Shown here: in pieces, positions 1 through 15,196 of the stretch | Layout of the letters: every line of letters begins with the position of its first letter | Position numbering within the stretch: the first letter of the stretch is position 1 | Origin: Escherichia coli | GTDB lineage: Bacteria > Pseudomonadota > Gammaproteobacteria > Enterobacterales > Enterobacteriaceae | NCBI RefSeq assembly: GCF_003018115.1 | Contig: NZ_CP027457.1 | Direction: 5' to 3' (one strand) | Length of the DNA stretch: 64,000 nucleotides | Program-made: the position numbers and the translations under genes | Notes under the pieces: generated by a model | Seen by the model: the letters and a program-made list of their open reading frames with translations, nothing else | The model's database searches: none | What the model was told of the DNA's origin: nothing

Positions 1-857
1 TGGTTCACAACGGTATTGAATACGGCGATATGCAGCTGATTGCTGAAGCCTATTCTCTGCTTAAAGGTGGCCTGAATCTTTCCAACGAAGAACTGGCACA
101 GACCTTTACCGAATGGAATAACGGTGAACTGAGCAGCTACCTGATCGACATCACCAAAGATATCTTCACCAAAAAAGATGAAGACGGTAACTACCTGGTT
201 GATGTGATTCTGGATGAAGCAGCAAACAAAGGTACGGGCAAATGGACCAGCCAGAGTGCGCTGGATCTCGGCGAACCGCTGTCGCTGATTACCGAGTCTG
301 TGTTTGCACGTTATATCTCTTCTCTGAAAGATCAGCGCGTTGCCGCGTCTAAAGTTCTCACTGGCCCGAAAGCGCAGCCAGCAGGCGATAAGGCTGAGTT
401 CATCGAAAAAGTTCGTCGTGCGCTGTATCTGGGCAAAATCGTTTCTTACGCCCAGGGCTTCTCTCAGCTACGCGCAGCGTCTGAAGAGTACAACTGGGAT
501 CTGAACTATGGCGAAATCGCGAAGATTTTCCGTGCTGGCTGCATCATCCGTGCGCAGTTCCTGCAGAAAATCACCGATGCCTATGCCGAAAATCCGCAAA
601 TCGCTAACCTGCTGCTGGCTCCGTACTTTAAGCAAATTGCCGATGACTACCAGCAGGCGCTGCGTGATGTCGTTGCTTATGCGGTACAGAACGGTATCCC
701 GGTTCCGACCTTCTCTGCGGCAGTTGCCTATTATGACAGCTACCGTTCCGCTGTTCTGCCTGCGAACCTGATCCAGGCACAACGTGACTATTTCGGTGCG
801 CATACTTATAAGCGCATTGATAAAGAAGGTGTGTTCCATACCGAATGGCTGGATTAA
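1..857 (+). CDS. gnd: 6-phosphogluconate dehydrogenase (decarboxylating), C-terminal part; 5' end lies outside the window
   Basis: Open frame runs from the window edge ([21 protein letters not shown]...) to the stop at 855-857; translation recognised as Gnd C-terminal region. Confidence 0.93.
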   Translation, partial: VHNGIEYGDMQLIAEAYSLLKGGLNLSNEELAQTFTEWNNGELSSYLIDITKDIFTKKDEDGNYLVDVILDEAANKGTGKWTSQSALDLGEPLSLITESVFARYISSLKDQRVAASKVLTGPKAQPAGDKAEFIEKVRRALYLGKIVSYAQGFSQLRAASEEYNWDLNYGEIAKIFRAGCIIRAQFLQKITDAYAENPQIANLLLAPYFKQIADDYQQALRDVVAYAVQNGIPVPTFSAAVAYYDSYRSAVLPANLIQAQRDYFGAHTYKRIDKEGVFHTEWLD

Positions 858-883
858 TCTGATTTAAATCAATTAATCAATGC

Positions 884-914
884 AAGGCCCGGAGGAACCC
901 TCCGGGCTTTTTTA
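884..914 (+). terminator. Intrinsic terminator downstream of gnd
   Basis: GC-rich inverted repeat gcccggagg...cctccgggc followed by a T-run. Confidence 0.7.
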
Positions 915-1105
915 TTATACAAAGCGGCAGGTTATGGCCTTTTTTTATAATTTATGGTTAAAAAAGCGATATAATACAGAGTCGCACAGCAGGATCGCTG
1001 CCTTGACAGTTCATCCGCATCGGCGTTAAAAATCCCGCAGTAGATGAAGATGTGGTGGTGGATTAATGACCACTCTAAATGTTTAACCGGAAGAAGTCAG
1101 AGCTA

Positions 1106-2272
1106 ATGAAAATAACAATTTCAGGAACAGGTTATGTTGGTCTTTCAAATGGTATTCTGATTGCGCAAAATCACGAAGTAGTTGCATTGGATATCGTTCA
1201 GGCCAAAGTTGACATGCTTAACAAGAAGCAGTCACCGATTGTTGATAAGGAGATTGAAGAGTATCTGGCGACTAAAGATCTCAATTTCCGCGCTACGACA
1301 GATAAGTATGACGCGTATAAAAATGCCGATTACGTTATTATTGCCACGCCTACCGATTATGACCCGAAAACAAATTATTTTAATACCTCAAGCGTGGAAG
1401 CGGTCATCCGTGATGTGACAGAAATTAATCCCAACGCGGTAATGGTGATTAAATCTACAATTCCGGTAGGTTTCACCAAATCAATTAAAGAACGTCTGGG
1501 TATCGATAACCTTATTTTCTCTCCGGAATTTCTCCGTGAAGGTAAAGCCCTTTACGATAATCTCCATCCTTCACGTATTGTCATTGGTGAGCGTTCAGAA
1601 CGCGCAGAACGTTTTGCTGCGTTGTTACAGGAAGGAGCGATTAAGCAAAATATCCCGACCCTGTTTACCGACTCCACTGAAGCAGAAGCGATTAAACTTT
1701 TTGCAAACACCTACCTGGCGATGCGCGTGGCGTACTTTAACGAACTGGATAGCTACGCAGAAAGTTTAGGTCTGAATTCCCGTCAAATAATCGAAGGCGT
1801 TTGTCTCGACCCACGAATTGGCAACCATTACAACAATCCGTCGTTTGGTTATGGTGGTTATTGTCTGCCGAAAGATACCAAGCAGTTACTGGCGAACTAC
1901 CAGTCTGTGCCGAATAACCTGATTTCGGCAATTGTCGATGCTAACCGCACGCGTAAAGACTTTATTGCCGATGCCATTTTGTCACGCAAACCGCAAGTGG
2001 TGGGTATTTATCGTCTGATTATGAAGAGCGGGTCAGATAACTTCCGTGCGTCTTCCATTCAGGGGATTATGAAACGTATCAAGGCGAAAGGCGTTGAAGT
2101 GATCATATACGAGCCGGTGATGAAAGAAGACTCATTCTTCAACTCTCGCCTGGAACGAGATCTCGCCACCTTCAAACAACAAGCCGACGTCATTATTTCC
2201 AACCGTATGGCAGAAGAGCTTAAGGATGTGGCAGACAAAGTCTACACCCGCGATCTCTTTGGCAGTGACTAA
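1106..2272 (+). CDS. ugd: UDP-glucose 6-dehydrogenase
   Basis: ORF 1079..2272; start placed at ATG 1106 ([16 protein letters not shown]..., N-terminal Rossmann GxGxxG). About 388 aa. Confidence 0.93.
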   Translation: MKITISGTGYVGLSNGILIAQNHEVVALDIVQAKVDMLNKKQSPIVDKEIEEYLATKDLNFRATTDKYDAYKNADYVIIATPTDYDPKTNYFNTSSVEAVIRDVTEINPNAVMVIKSTIPVGFTKSIKERLGIDNLIFSPEFLREGKALYDNLHPSRIVIGERSERAERFAALLQEGAIKQNIPTLFTDSTEAEAIKLFANTYLAMRVAYFNELDSYAESLGLNSRQIIEGVCLDPRIGNHYNNPSFGYGGYCLPKDTKQLLANYQSVPNNLISAIVDANRTRKDFIADAILSRKPQVVGIYRLIMKSGSDNFRASSIQGIMKRIKAKGVEVIIYEPVMKEDSFFNSRLERDLATFKQQADVIISNRMAEELKDVADKVYTRDLFGSD

Positions 2273-2418
2273 CATCCTGTTATCAGGGCGATTTTCGCCC
2301 TGATTCTCTTATGTTCCCTTTGTAATAATTCATTCTTTTTATCATTTATCCTATAGCATTCATGGCGATTATCGCTAAACTATGGCGACTTAAAATTATT
2401 TCGTCCGTTAGGGTAATG

Positions 2419-3399
2419 ATGAGAGTAGAAAATAATAATGTTTCTGGGCAAAACCATGACCCGGAACAGATTGATTTGATTGATTTACTGGTGCAGTTGT
2501 GGCGCGGCAAGATGACTATCATCATTTCTGTCATTGTGGCTATTGCCCTGGCTATAGGGTATCTGGCCGTTGCCAAAGAAAAGTGGACTTCCACAGCTAT
2601 TGTTACTCAACCTGATGTGGGGCAAATCGCTGGTTATACCAACGCGATGAATGTGATTTACGGTCCGGCTGTACCGAAAGTCTCCGACATTCAGGCTTCA
2701 CTTATTGGACGTTACAGCACTGCATTCTCAGCATTAGCGGAAACGCTGGATAACCAGGATGAAGCAGAAAAGCTGACCATTGAGCCTACCGTCAAAAATC
2801 AGTCATTACCTTTAGCGGTGTCTTATGTTGGTGAAACACCTGAAGGTGCGCAGAAGCAGCTGGCGAAGTATATCCAGCAAGTTGACGACCAGGTAAATGT
2901 AGAGCTGGAAAAAGACTTGAAAGACAATATCGCGCTGCGTATGAAAAACTTGCAGGACTCTTTAAGAACTCAGGAAGTAGTCGCGCAAGAGCAGAAAGAT
3001 CTGCGTATCCGTCAGATTCAGGAAGCGTTGCAGTATGCGAATCAGGCGCAGGTGACAAAACCGCAAATTCAACAGACTGGCGAAGATATCACGCAAGATA
3101 CGTTGTTCCTTTTGGGGAGCGAAGCGCTGGAGTCGATGATTAAGCATGAGGCGACCCGTCCGTTGGTGTTCTCACCAAACTACTATCAGACTCGTCAAAA
3201 CCTGCTGGATATCGAAAGCTTAAAAGTTGATGATCTTGATATTCATGCTTACCGTTATGTGATGAAACCGACGTTACCTATTCGTCGCGATAGTCCGAAA
3301 AAGGCAATTACATTGATTCTGGCAGTGCTGCTGGGCGGCATGGTTGGCGCGGGGATTGTGCTGGGGCGTAATGCTCTACGCAATTACAACGCGAAGTAA
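2419..3399 (+). CDS. wzzB: O-antigen chain-length determinant (polysaccharide co-polymerase)
   Basis: ORF 2362..3399; start placed at MRVENNNVSGQ... (ATG 2419), 326 aa, two transmembrane ends flanking a periplasmic coiled-coil region. Confidence 0.9.
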   Translation: MRVENNNVSGQNHDPEQIDLIDLLVQLWRGKMTIIISVIVAIALAIGYLAVAKEKWTSTAIVTQPDVGQIAGYTNAMNVIYGPAVPKVSDIQASLIGRYSTAFSALAETLDNQDEAEKLTIEPTVKNQSLPLAVSYVGETPEGAQKQLAKYIQQVDDQVNVELEKDLKDNIALRMKNLQDSLRTQEVVAQEQKDLRIRQIQEALQYANQAQVTKPQIQQTGEDITQDTLFLLGSEALESMIKHEATRPLVFSPNYYQTRQNLLDIESLKVDDLDIHAYRYVMKPTLPIRRDSPKKAITLILAVLLGGMVGAGIVLGRNALRNYNAK

Positions 3400-3414
3400 T
3401 CTTTTCGGTTTTAA

Positions 3415-3454
3415 AGAAAAAGGGCAGGGTGGTGACACCTTGCCCGTTTTTTTT
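3415..3454. terminator. Bidirectional intrinsic terminator between convergent wzzB and hisIE
   Basis: Hairpin gggcagggtggtgacaccttgccc flanked by an A-run upstream and a T-run downstream. Confidence 0.75.
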
Positions 3455-3495
3455 GCCGGATGCGACAACAACATCGCATCCGCTTACCCCGCAAC

Positions 3496-4100
3496 TCACT
3501 GATGCCGTTTACGCAGGTTCTCAATCACCGTCGTTAAATCCAGATCCTGATCCTGCAACAACACCAGCAGGTGATACATCAAGTCAGATGCCTCGTTGGT
3601 CAGCTCAAAGCGGTCATGTACCGTTGCTGCCAGCGCAGTTTCCACCCCTTCTTCCCCCACTTTCTGCGCAATGCGCTTGGTGCCGCTGGCATACAGTTTG
3701 GCGGTATAGGAGGTTTCCGGGTCGGCAGATTTGCGCTCGGCGAGCAGTTGTTCCAGTTGATACAGGAACAGCCACTGGTGAGCGGTGTTGCCGAAGCAGC
3801 TGCTGGTGCCTTTGTGGCAGGTCGGGCCGATGGGATTCGCCAGCACTAATAAAGTGTCGTTGTCGCAGTCCGGCGCAATACTCACTACGTTGAGGAAATT
3901 GCCCGACGTTTCGCCTTTGGTCCACAGTCGCTGTTTAGTGCGCGAGAAGAAGGTGACTTTGCCGCTTTCGATGGTTTTGTCTAAGGCTTCCGGGTTCATA
4001 TAGCCCAGCATTAACACTTCGCCGGATACAGCGTGTTGCACAATCACCGGCATCAGTCCGTCGGTTTTTTCCCAGTCCAGTTCGCGACGTTGTTGTTCTG

Positions 4101-4107
<7 letters not shown>
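3496..4107 (-). CDS. hisI: Bifunctional phosphoribosyl-AMP cyclohydrolase / phosphoribosyl-ATP pyrophosphatase
   Basis: 203-aa ORF, recognised HisIE sequence, last gene of the his operon. Confidence 0.95.
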
Positions 4108-6185
<2,078 letters not shown>

Positions 6186-6186
<1 letters not shown>

Positions 6187-7252
6187 TACAGCACTCCTTT
6201 CGACGAGGGCAGGGTGTCGCCTTCCACGCGGATGGCCTGGCGCAGGGTGCGACCAAAGGCTTTGAACAGGCTCTCTACACGGTGGTGATCGTTTTTACCT
6301 TTGGTTTTCAGGTGTAGCGTCACGCCCATGGTGTAAGAGAGCGAACGGAAGAAGTGCTCGATCATTTCAGTGCTGAGATCGCCCACGCGCTGGTAGGTAA
6401 ATTCAGCTTTATATTCCAGGTGCGGGCGACCAGAGATATCCAGTGCACAGCGGGCAAGGCATTCGTCCATCGGCAGCACAAAACCAAAGCGGCAAATACC
6501 GCGTTTGTCGCCAAGAGCAATTTTTAATGCTTCGCCCAGCGCCAGGCCGGTATCTTCGACGGTGTGGTGATCGTCGATATAGAGGTCGCCTTTAACGTTG
6601 ATTTCCATCCGGAAACCGCCGTGGGTGGCGATCTGATCCAGCATGTGATCAAAGAATCCAACGCCGGTATTAATCTTGCTGCCACCTTCACGATCCAGCC
6701 ACACCTGGACGTCAATTTGCGTCTCTTTGGTGTTGCGCACTACATGGGCGTAACGGTCTCGTTTAGTGAGTTGCTCGCCAATCATTGGCCAGTTCAGGGT
6801 TTCGCGGTCGTAGCGTAAACCATTAATACCCATGTTTTCAGCCAGTTGAATATCGGTCGCGCGATCGCCAATCACATAACTGTTGGCGCGATCCATCGCT
6901 TGCTCAGCGAGATAACGCTCCACCAGTTTTACTTTCGGCTTACGGCAGTCGCACTCATCGGCGGGCAGGTGCGGACAAATCAGCACTTCATCAAACTGCA
7001 CGCCTTGTGAGGTGAAGATCTGCATCATCAGGTTGTGTGGGCCATCGAAATCCGCCTGCGGGAAACTTTGTGTTCCCAGACCATCCTGATTAGTGATCAT
7101 CACCGGCTTGTAGCCCGCTTTTTGCAGCTTCAGCAGCTCCGGGATCACGCCAGGTTCAAAGGCGAGTTTGTCAAAACGGTCCACCTGAAAATCACTCGGC
7201 GGTTCGCTAATCAGGGTTCCATCGCGATCGATAAAAAGATACTTCTGACTCA

Positions 7253-7253
<1 letters not shown>
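6186..7253 (-). CDS. hisB: Bifunctional histidinol-phosphatase / imidazoleglycerol-phosphate dehydratase
   Basis: ORF 6186..7256; ATG start at 7253 ([14 protein letters not shown]...), 355 aa. Confidence 0.95.
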
Positions 7254-9624
<2,371 letters not shown>

Positions 9625-9629
9625 GGCGA

Positions 9630-10529
9630 TCACTCCATCATTTTCTCAATCGGCAGGACCAGGATTGAACTGGCTCCCAGCGCTTTCAGTTTTTCCATCG
9701 TTTCCCAGAACAGGGTTTCGCTACTCACCATGTGCATCGCTACGCGCTGTTGATCACCTGCCAGCGGCAGAATAGTTGGGCGTTCGGCACCTGGCAGCAG
9801 GGCGATGACTTCATCCAGACGTTCAGTCGGTGCGTGCATCATGATGTATTTTGATTCGCGCGCCTGGATCACGCCCTGAATACGGGTCAGCAGCTTGTCG
9901 ATCAGTTGCTGTTTAGATTCTTCCATTTCGCCATCGCGCTGGATCAGGCAGGCTTTCGAGCGGTAGATAACTTCGACTTCGCGCAGGCCGTTAGCTTCCA
10001 GCGTGGCACCGGTGGAAACCAGATCGCAAATCGCATCCGCCAGTCCGGCGCGCGGGGCGACTTCAACAGAACCGTTCAGTAAGCAGGATTTAAAAGAGAT
10101 GCCTTTCTGGTCGAGATAACGCTTGAGCAGGTGAGGATAAGAGGTGGCGATACGTTTACCGTTTAAGGAGAGCGGACCGTCCCAGGCTTCATCAACCGGC
10201 GTTGCCAGCGAAAGGCGGCAGCCGCCGAAATCCAGTCGACGCAGGGTAAAGTAGCGCGGATCTTCACCCTGGGCTCGGCGGTTAAGCAGCTCTTCTTCCA
10301 GCACGTTTTCGCCGATAATCCCAAGGTCTACCACGCCGTCCATTACCAGACCGGGAATGTCGTCGTCACGCACGCGCAGAATATCAATCGGCATGTTTTC
10401 TGCCATCGCGATCAGGCGCTGGGTGTGAAGATTGATTTTAATGCCACAGCGCGCCAGCAATTCGCGTGAGTCATCACTTAAACGGCCGGATTTCTGCATA
10501 GCTATGCGTAAACGAGTGTTGTCTGTCAT
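9630..10529 (-). CDS. hisG: ATP phosphoribosyltransferase
   Basis: ORF 9630..10568; start at ATG 10529 ([21 protein letters not shown]...), 299 aa. Confidence 0.95.
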
Positions 10530-10575
10530 TTTCTTATTCCTCTTTAAACCTGTCTGAACCGTTATCAACCGCGCA

Positions 10576-10611
10576 ATAAAAAAGCCCCCGGAAGGTGATC
10601 TTCCGGGGGCT
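10576..10611 (-). terminator. his operon attenuator (leader terminator hairpin plus U-run)
   Basis: Inverted repeat agcccccggaag/cttccgggggct followed on the minus strand by a T-run, between hisL and hisG. Confidence 0.85.
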
Positions 10612-10674
10612 TTCTCATGCGTTCATGCACCACTGGAAGATCTGAATGTCTTCCAGCACACATCGCCTGAAAGA

Positions 10675-10725
10675 CTAGTCAGGATGATGGTGATGATGGT
10701 GGTGTTTAAATTGAACGCGTGTCAT
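10675..10725 (-). CDS. hisL: his operon leader peptide (MTRVQFKHHHHHHHPD)
   Basis: Minus-strand 16-codon ORF with seven consecutive His codons directly upstream of the attenuator. Confidence 0.93.
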   Translation of the reverse strand: MTRVQFKHHHHHHHPD

Positions 10726-10975
10726 AAAAGTCTCTGTGAATGTTTATTCAACTGATGTCTTTTAACCTAAACCACTTTCACGTTAGAAAGCAAGGGCTTT
10801 TTTATATATTTTATGGCGATGGATTTGTTTAATGAATGAGCGGGGAAAGGAGGGGGCTAAGAGGAGTGTCCCCTAACCTGACGGCACCCAAAATAGCGAA
10901 ACCTGGATTTTTCGTCTCACTGACAATGTCTTGATCTACAGACTAATTAATAAATAGTTAATTAACGCCTATCAT

Positions 10976-10993
10976 TGTACAATGAACTGTACA
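10976..10993 (+). promoter_or_regulatory. Probable YefM-YoeB autoregulatory operator (TGTACA-N6-TGTACA)
   Basis: Two TGTACA half-sites 6 bp apart, immediately upstream of the yefM RBS and start. Confidence 0.6.
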
Positions 10994-11008
10994 AAAGAGG
11001 AGATTGAA

Positions 11009-11260
11009 ATGCGTACAATTAGCTACAGCGAAGCGCGCCAGAATTTGTCGGCAACAATGATGAAAGCCGTTGAAGATCATGCCCCGATCCTTATTACTCG
11101 TCAGAATGGAGAGGCTTGTGTTCTGATGTCACTCGAAGAATACAACTCGCTGGAAGAGACGGCTTATCTACTGCGCTCCCCCGCTAACGCCCGGAGATTG
11201 ATGGACTCAATCGATAGCCTGAAATCAGGCAAAGGAACGGAAAAGGACATTATTGAGTGA
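11009..11260 (+). CDS. yefM: Antitoxin YefM (Phd/YefM family)
   Basis: ORF 10982..11260; start at [21 protein letters not shown]... (83 aa). Confidence 0.93.
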
Positions 11261-11511
11261 AACTAATCTGGTCTGAGGAGTCATGGGATGATTATCTGTA
11301 CTGGCAGGAAACAGATAAGCGAATTGTTAAAAAGATCATTGAACTTATCAAAGATACCCGCAGAACACCATTTGAAGGTAAGGGGAAGCCAGAACCCCTG
11401 AAGCATAATTTGTCAGGCTTCTGGTCCCGACGCATTACAGAGGAGCACCGTCTGGTATACGCGGTTACCGACGATTCACTGCTCATTGCAGCATGTCGTT
11501 ATCATTATTGA
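11257..11511 (+). CDS. yoeB: Toxin YoeB (RelE-fold ribosome-dependent mRNA interferase)
   Basis: 84-aa [25 protein letters not shown]... overlapping the yefM stop by 4 nt. Confidence 0.93.
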
Positions 11512-11593
11512 ACAGATTCATTCATAGAATGAATTGTCAGTTTTGATACGCTAGCGTAGCCTTATAGATCTAAGGTGTATCAGGAGATAACGG

Positions 11594-12418
11594 ATGAAAA
11601 AGGTCGCAATTGTCGGGTTAGGGTGGTTAGGCATGCCGCTGGCGATGTCACTTTCAGCGCGAGGCTGGCAAGTCACCGGGAGTAAAACCACACAAGATGG
11701 TGTCGAAGCGGCCCGAATGAGTGGCATTGATAGCTATCTGCTTCGCATGGAGCCTGAGTTAGTTTGCGATTCTGACGATCTGGATGCCCTGATGGATGCC
11801 GATGCGCTGGTCATTACGCTTCCGGCACGTCGTAGCGGCCCCGGCGATGAGTTCTATTTACAAGCGGTACAAGAGTTAGTGGATAGCGCGCTGGCCCATC
11901 GTATTCCCCGAATTATTTTTACCAGCTCGACGTCTGTCTATGGCGACGCGCAAGGCACGGTCAAAGAAACTACCCCGCGTAATCCGGTAACCAACAGTGG
12001 ACGAGTATTAGAAGAACTCGAAGACTGGCTGCACAATTTACCTGGTACTTCGGTCGATATTCTGCGTCTTGCGGGTCTTGTCGGACCGGGACGTCATCCC
12101 GGACGCTTCTTTGCCGGAAAAACCGCGCCTGATGGTGAACATGGTGTTAATTTAGTCCATTTAGAAGATGTTATTGGCGCTATCACTCTGTTGTTACAGG
12201 CACCTAAAGGCGGACACATCTATAATATATGTGCGCCAGCTCACCCTGCGCGTAATGTTTTCTATCCGCAGATGGCCCGTTTACTGGGGCTGGAGCCTCC
12301 GCAGTTCAGAAATAGTCTGGACAGCGGCAAAGGTAAGATTATTGATGGCAGTCGGATTTGTAATGAACTGGGATTTGAATACCAGTATCCCGATCCGCTG
12401 GTAATGCCGCTGGAGTAA
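11594..12418 (+). CDS. yeeZ: NAD(P)-binding Rossmann-fold protein (epimerase/dehydratase-like)
   Basis: 274-aa ORF MKKVAIVGLGWLGMPLA... with N-terminal GxGxxG. Confidence 0.85.
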   Translation: MKKVAIVGLGWLGMPLAMSLSARGWQVTGSKTTQDGVEAARMSGIDSYLLRMEPELVCDSDDLDALMDADALVITLPARRSGPGDEFYLQAVQELVDSALAHRIPRIIFTSSTSVYGDAQGTVKETTPRNPVTNSGRVLEELEDWLHNLPGTSVDILRLAGLVGPGRHPGRFFAGKTAPDGEHGVNLVHLEDVIGAITLLLQAPKGGHIYNICAPAHPARNVFYPQMARLLGLEPPQFRNSLDSGKGKIIDGSRICNELGFEYQYPDPLVMPLE

Positions 12419-12463
12419 ACGACCACGCCAGCAGGACGCCGCATGCACTGCAAGGGGGCGTGT

Positions 12464-13393
12464 ATGAAACCACTGCTGGATGTGTTGATGATCCTCGATG
12501 CCTTAGAAAAAGAAGGCAGTTTTGCGGCGGCGTCGGCCAAACTCTATAAGACGCCGTCCGCTCTGAGTTACACCGTTCACAAGCTGGAAAGCGACCTTAA
12601 TATTCAATTGCTTGATCGTAGCGGTCACCGCGCTAAATTCACCCGTACCGGAAAAATGTTATTAGAGAAAGGGCGGGAAGTTCTGCATACCGTGCGAGAA
12701 CTGGAAAAGCAGGCGATCAAACTGCATGAAGGCTGGGAAAACGAGCTGGTGATTGGCGTGGACGACACGTTTCCTTTTTCTCTGCTTGCGCCACTGATTG
12801 AAGCTTTTTATCAACATCATAGCGTGACGCGCCTGAAGTTTATCAATGGCGTACTCGGTGGTTCCTGGGATGCCCTGACTCAGGGGCGAGCGGATATTAT
12901 TGTTGGCGCGATGCATGAGCCACCATCTTCCAGTGAGTTTGGTTTCTCGCGGTTGGGCGATCTGGAACAAGTCTTTGCGGTCGCGCCTCATCATCCGCTA
13001 GCCCAGGAAGAAGAGCCGTTAAACCGTCGTATCATTAAGCGATATCGGGCGATTGTGGTGGGAGACACTGCGCAGGCAGGCGCTTCTACGGCCTCACAAC
13101 TTCTCGACGAACAAGAAGCCATTACCGTTTTCGATTTTAAAACCAAGCTGGAGCTGCAAATTAGCGGCCTCGGCTGCGGCTATTTACCCCGTTATCTGGC
13201 GCAACGTTTTCTCGATAGTGGCGCGTTAATCGAGAAGAAAGTGGTCGCCCAAACTCTCTTTGAACCCGTCTGGATTGGCTGGAATGAACAGACCGCAGGG
13301 CTTGCCAGCGGCTGGTGGCGGGATGAAATTTTAGCAAATAGTGCGATCGCCGGTGTTTATGCAAAATCTGATGACGGAAAATCAGCCATTTAA
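12464..13393 (+). CDS. yeeY: LysR-family transcriptional regulator
   Basis: ORF 12443..13393; start chosen at MKPLLDVLMILDALEKEGSF... (HTH N-terminus), about 309 aa. Confidence 0.85.
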   Translation: MKPLLDVLMILDALEKEGSFAAASAKLYKTPSALSYTVHKLESDLNIQLLDRSGHRAKFTRTGKMLLEKGREVLHTVRELEKQAIKLHEGWENELVIGVDDTFPFSLLAPLIEAFYQHHSVTRLKFINGVLGGSWDALTQGRADIIVGAMHEPPSSSEFGFSRLGDLEQVFAVAPHHPLAQEEEPLNRRIIKRYRAIVVGDTAQAGASTASQLLDEQEAITVFDFKTKLELQISGLGCGYLPRYLAQRFLDSGALIEKKVVAQTLFEPVWIGWNEQTAGLASGWWRDEILANSAIAGVYAKSDDGKSAI

Positions 13394-13659
13394 AGAAAAA
13401 TTATTATGACAAGCCTCTCATTCTCTTGTCATTTCCCCCCCATTTAGGCACAATGCGCCGCTGTCAAAAAATGACTAAAAACCGACGTTTCATCAGCGTC
13501 GGTTATTTTTTGCTTCAAACCAATCATTCATACCAAGAGGCCGGGCTTCGTACCGGATAGATATTTACTAAAAATCGACAGTTGTTGTCGCTGAGGAATC
13601 CAAAAAAATGGGGCAATTTTTTGCTTACGCGACGGTTATCACCGTAAAGGAGAATGACC

Positions 13660-15018
13660 ATGTCGCATAACGTTACTCCAAACACCTCTCGCGTGGAATT
13701 GCGTAAAACGCTTACGTTAGTTCCGGTTGTAATGATGGGTCTTGCCTATATGCAGCCGATGACGCTGTTTGATACTTTTGGTATCGTTTCAGGCCTCACG
13801 GATGGTCATGTGCCGACAGCCTATGCGTTCGCATTGATTGCGATCCTGTTTACGGCTCTGAGCTACGGGAAGCTGGTTCGCCGCTATCCTTCTGCTGGCT
13901 CTGCATACACTTACGCCCAGAAATCCATTAGCCCGACTGTCGGCTTTATGGTGGGTTGGTCTTCTCTGCTCGACTATCTGTTCGCGCCGATGATCAACAT
14001 TCTGCTGGCGAAAATCTATTTTGAAGCTCTGGTGCCTTCCATCCCATCGTGGATGTTTGTGGTGGCGCTGGTGGCCTTTATGACCGCCTTTAACCTGCGT
14101 AGTCTGAAATCCGTAGCGAACTTCAACACTGTAATCGTCGTGTTGCAGGTAGTGCTGATCGCGGTGATTCTGGGCATGGTTGTTTATGGCGTATTTGAAG
14201 GTGAAGGCGCTGGTACGCTGGCGAGCACTCGTCCGTTCTGGTCTGGCGATGCGCATGTTATCCCGATGATTACCGGGGCGACAATCCTGTGCTTCTCCTT
14301 TACCGGCTTTGACGGCATCAGCAACCTGTCGGAAGAAACCAAAGATGCAGAGCGCGTTATCCCGCGTGCGATTTTCCTGACCGCGCTGATTGGCGGCATG
14401 ATCTTCATCTTTGCAACTTACTTCCTGCAGCTGTACTTCCCGGATATCTCTCGCTTTAAAGATCCGGATGCGTCACAGCCTGAAATCATGCTGTATGTTG
14501 CGGGTAAAGCGTTCCAGGTTGGCGCGCTGATCTTCTCCACCATTACCGTACTGGCGTCTGGTATGGCGGCGCACGCAGGCGTAGCGCGTCTGATGTACGT
14601 AATGGGTCGTGACGGCGTATTCCCGAAAAGCTTCTTCGGTTATGTACACCCGAAATGGCGTACTCCGGCGATGAACATCATCCTGGTTGGCGCGATTGCC
14701 CTGCTGGCAATCAACTTCGACCTGGTAATGGCTACAGCGCTGATTAACTTTGGTGCGTTGGTGGCGTTCACCTTCGTTAACCTGTCGGTCATCTCGCAGT
14801 TCTGGATCCGTGAGAAGCGTAATAAGACGCTGAAAGATCACTTCCAGTATCTGTTCCTGCCGATGTGTGGTGCGCTGACTGTTGGTGCGCTGTGGGTTAA
14901 CCTGGAAGAAAGCTCAATGGTTCTGGGTCTGATCTGGGCTGCTATCGGTCTGATTTACCTGGCTTGCGTCACCAAGAGCTTCCGTAACCCGGTTCCGCAG
15001 TACGAAGACGTAGCATAA
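13660..15018 (+). CDS. plaP: Putrescine importer (APC-family amino acid/polyamine permease)
   Basis: ORF 13654..15018; start at [14 protein letters not shown]..., about 452 aa, multi-TM permease; AAGGAG RBS upstream. Confidence 0.88.
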   Translation: MSHNVTPNTSRVELRKTLTLVPVVMMGLAYMQPMTLFDTFGIVSGLTDGHVPTAYAFALIAILFTALSYGKLVRRYPSAGSAYTYAQKSISPTVGFMVGWSSLLDYLFAPMINILLAKIYFEALVPSIPSWMFVVALVAFMTAFNLRSLKSVANFNTVIVVLQVVLIAVILGMVVYGVFEGEGAGTLASTRPFWSGDAHVIPMITGATILCFSFTGFDGISNLSEETKDAERVIPRAIFLTALIGGMIFIFATYFLQLYFPDISRFKDPDASQPEIMLYVAGKAFQVGALIFSTITVLASGMAAHAGVARLMYVMGRDGVFPKSFFGYVHPKWRTPAMNIILVGAIALLAINFDLVMATALINFGALVAFTFVNLSVISQFWIREKRNKTLKDHFQYLFLPMCGALTVGALWVNLEESSMVLGLIWAAIGLIYLACVTKSFRNPVPQYEDVA

Positions 15019-15036
15019 TCATCTTTTCTAATAATT

Positions 15037-15074
15037 AACCGGAGTCGAATGAACATTTGGCTCCGGTTTTTTTA
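15037..15074 (+). terminator. Intrinsic terminator downstream of plaP
   Basis: Hairpin aaccggagtcgaatgaacatttggctccggtt followed by a T-run. Confidence 0.75.
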
Positions 15075-15196
15075 TTCTTTTTTATCGAAATCCTCATTAA
15101 TAACCATTTGTTCTAATTTAGAGAATTTGGTTATTGGTCTGCATTCCACCAGTCATGAATAATTTCCCCATTAACATTCATCTGGTTAATTAATTT

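Noticed and set aside
3429-3893. 154-aa plus-strand ORF overlapping hisIE
   Set aside because: Entirely antisense to a well-recognised his gene, Pro/Ala/Arg-rich low-complexity translation typical of GC-rich antisense frames.
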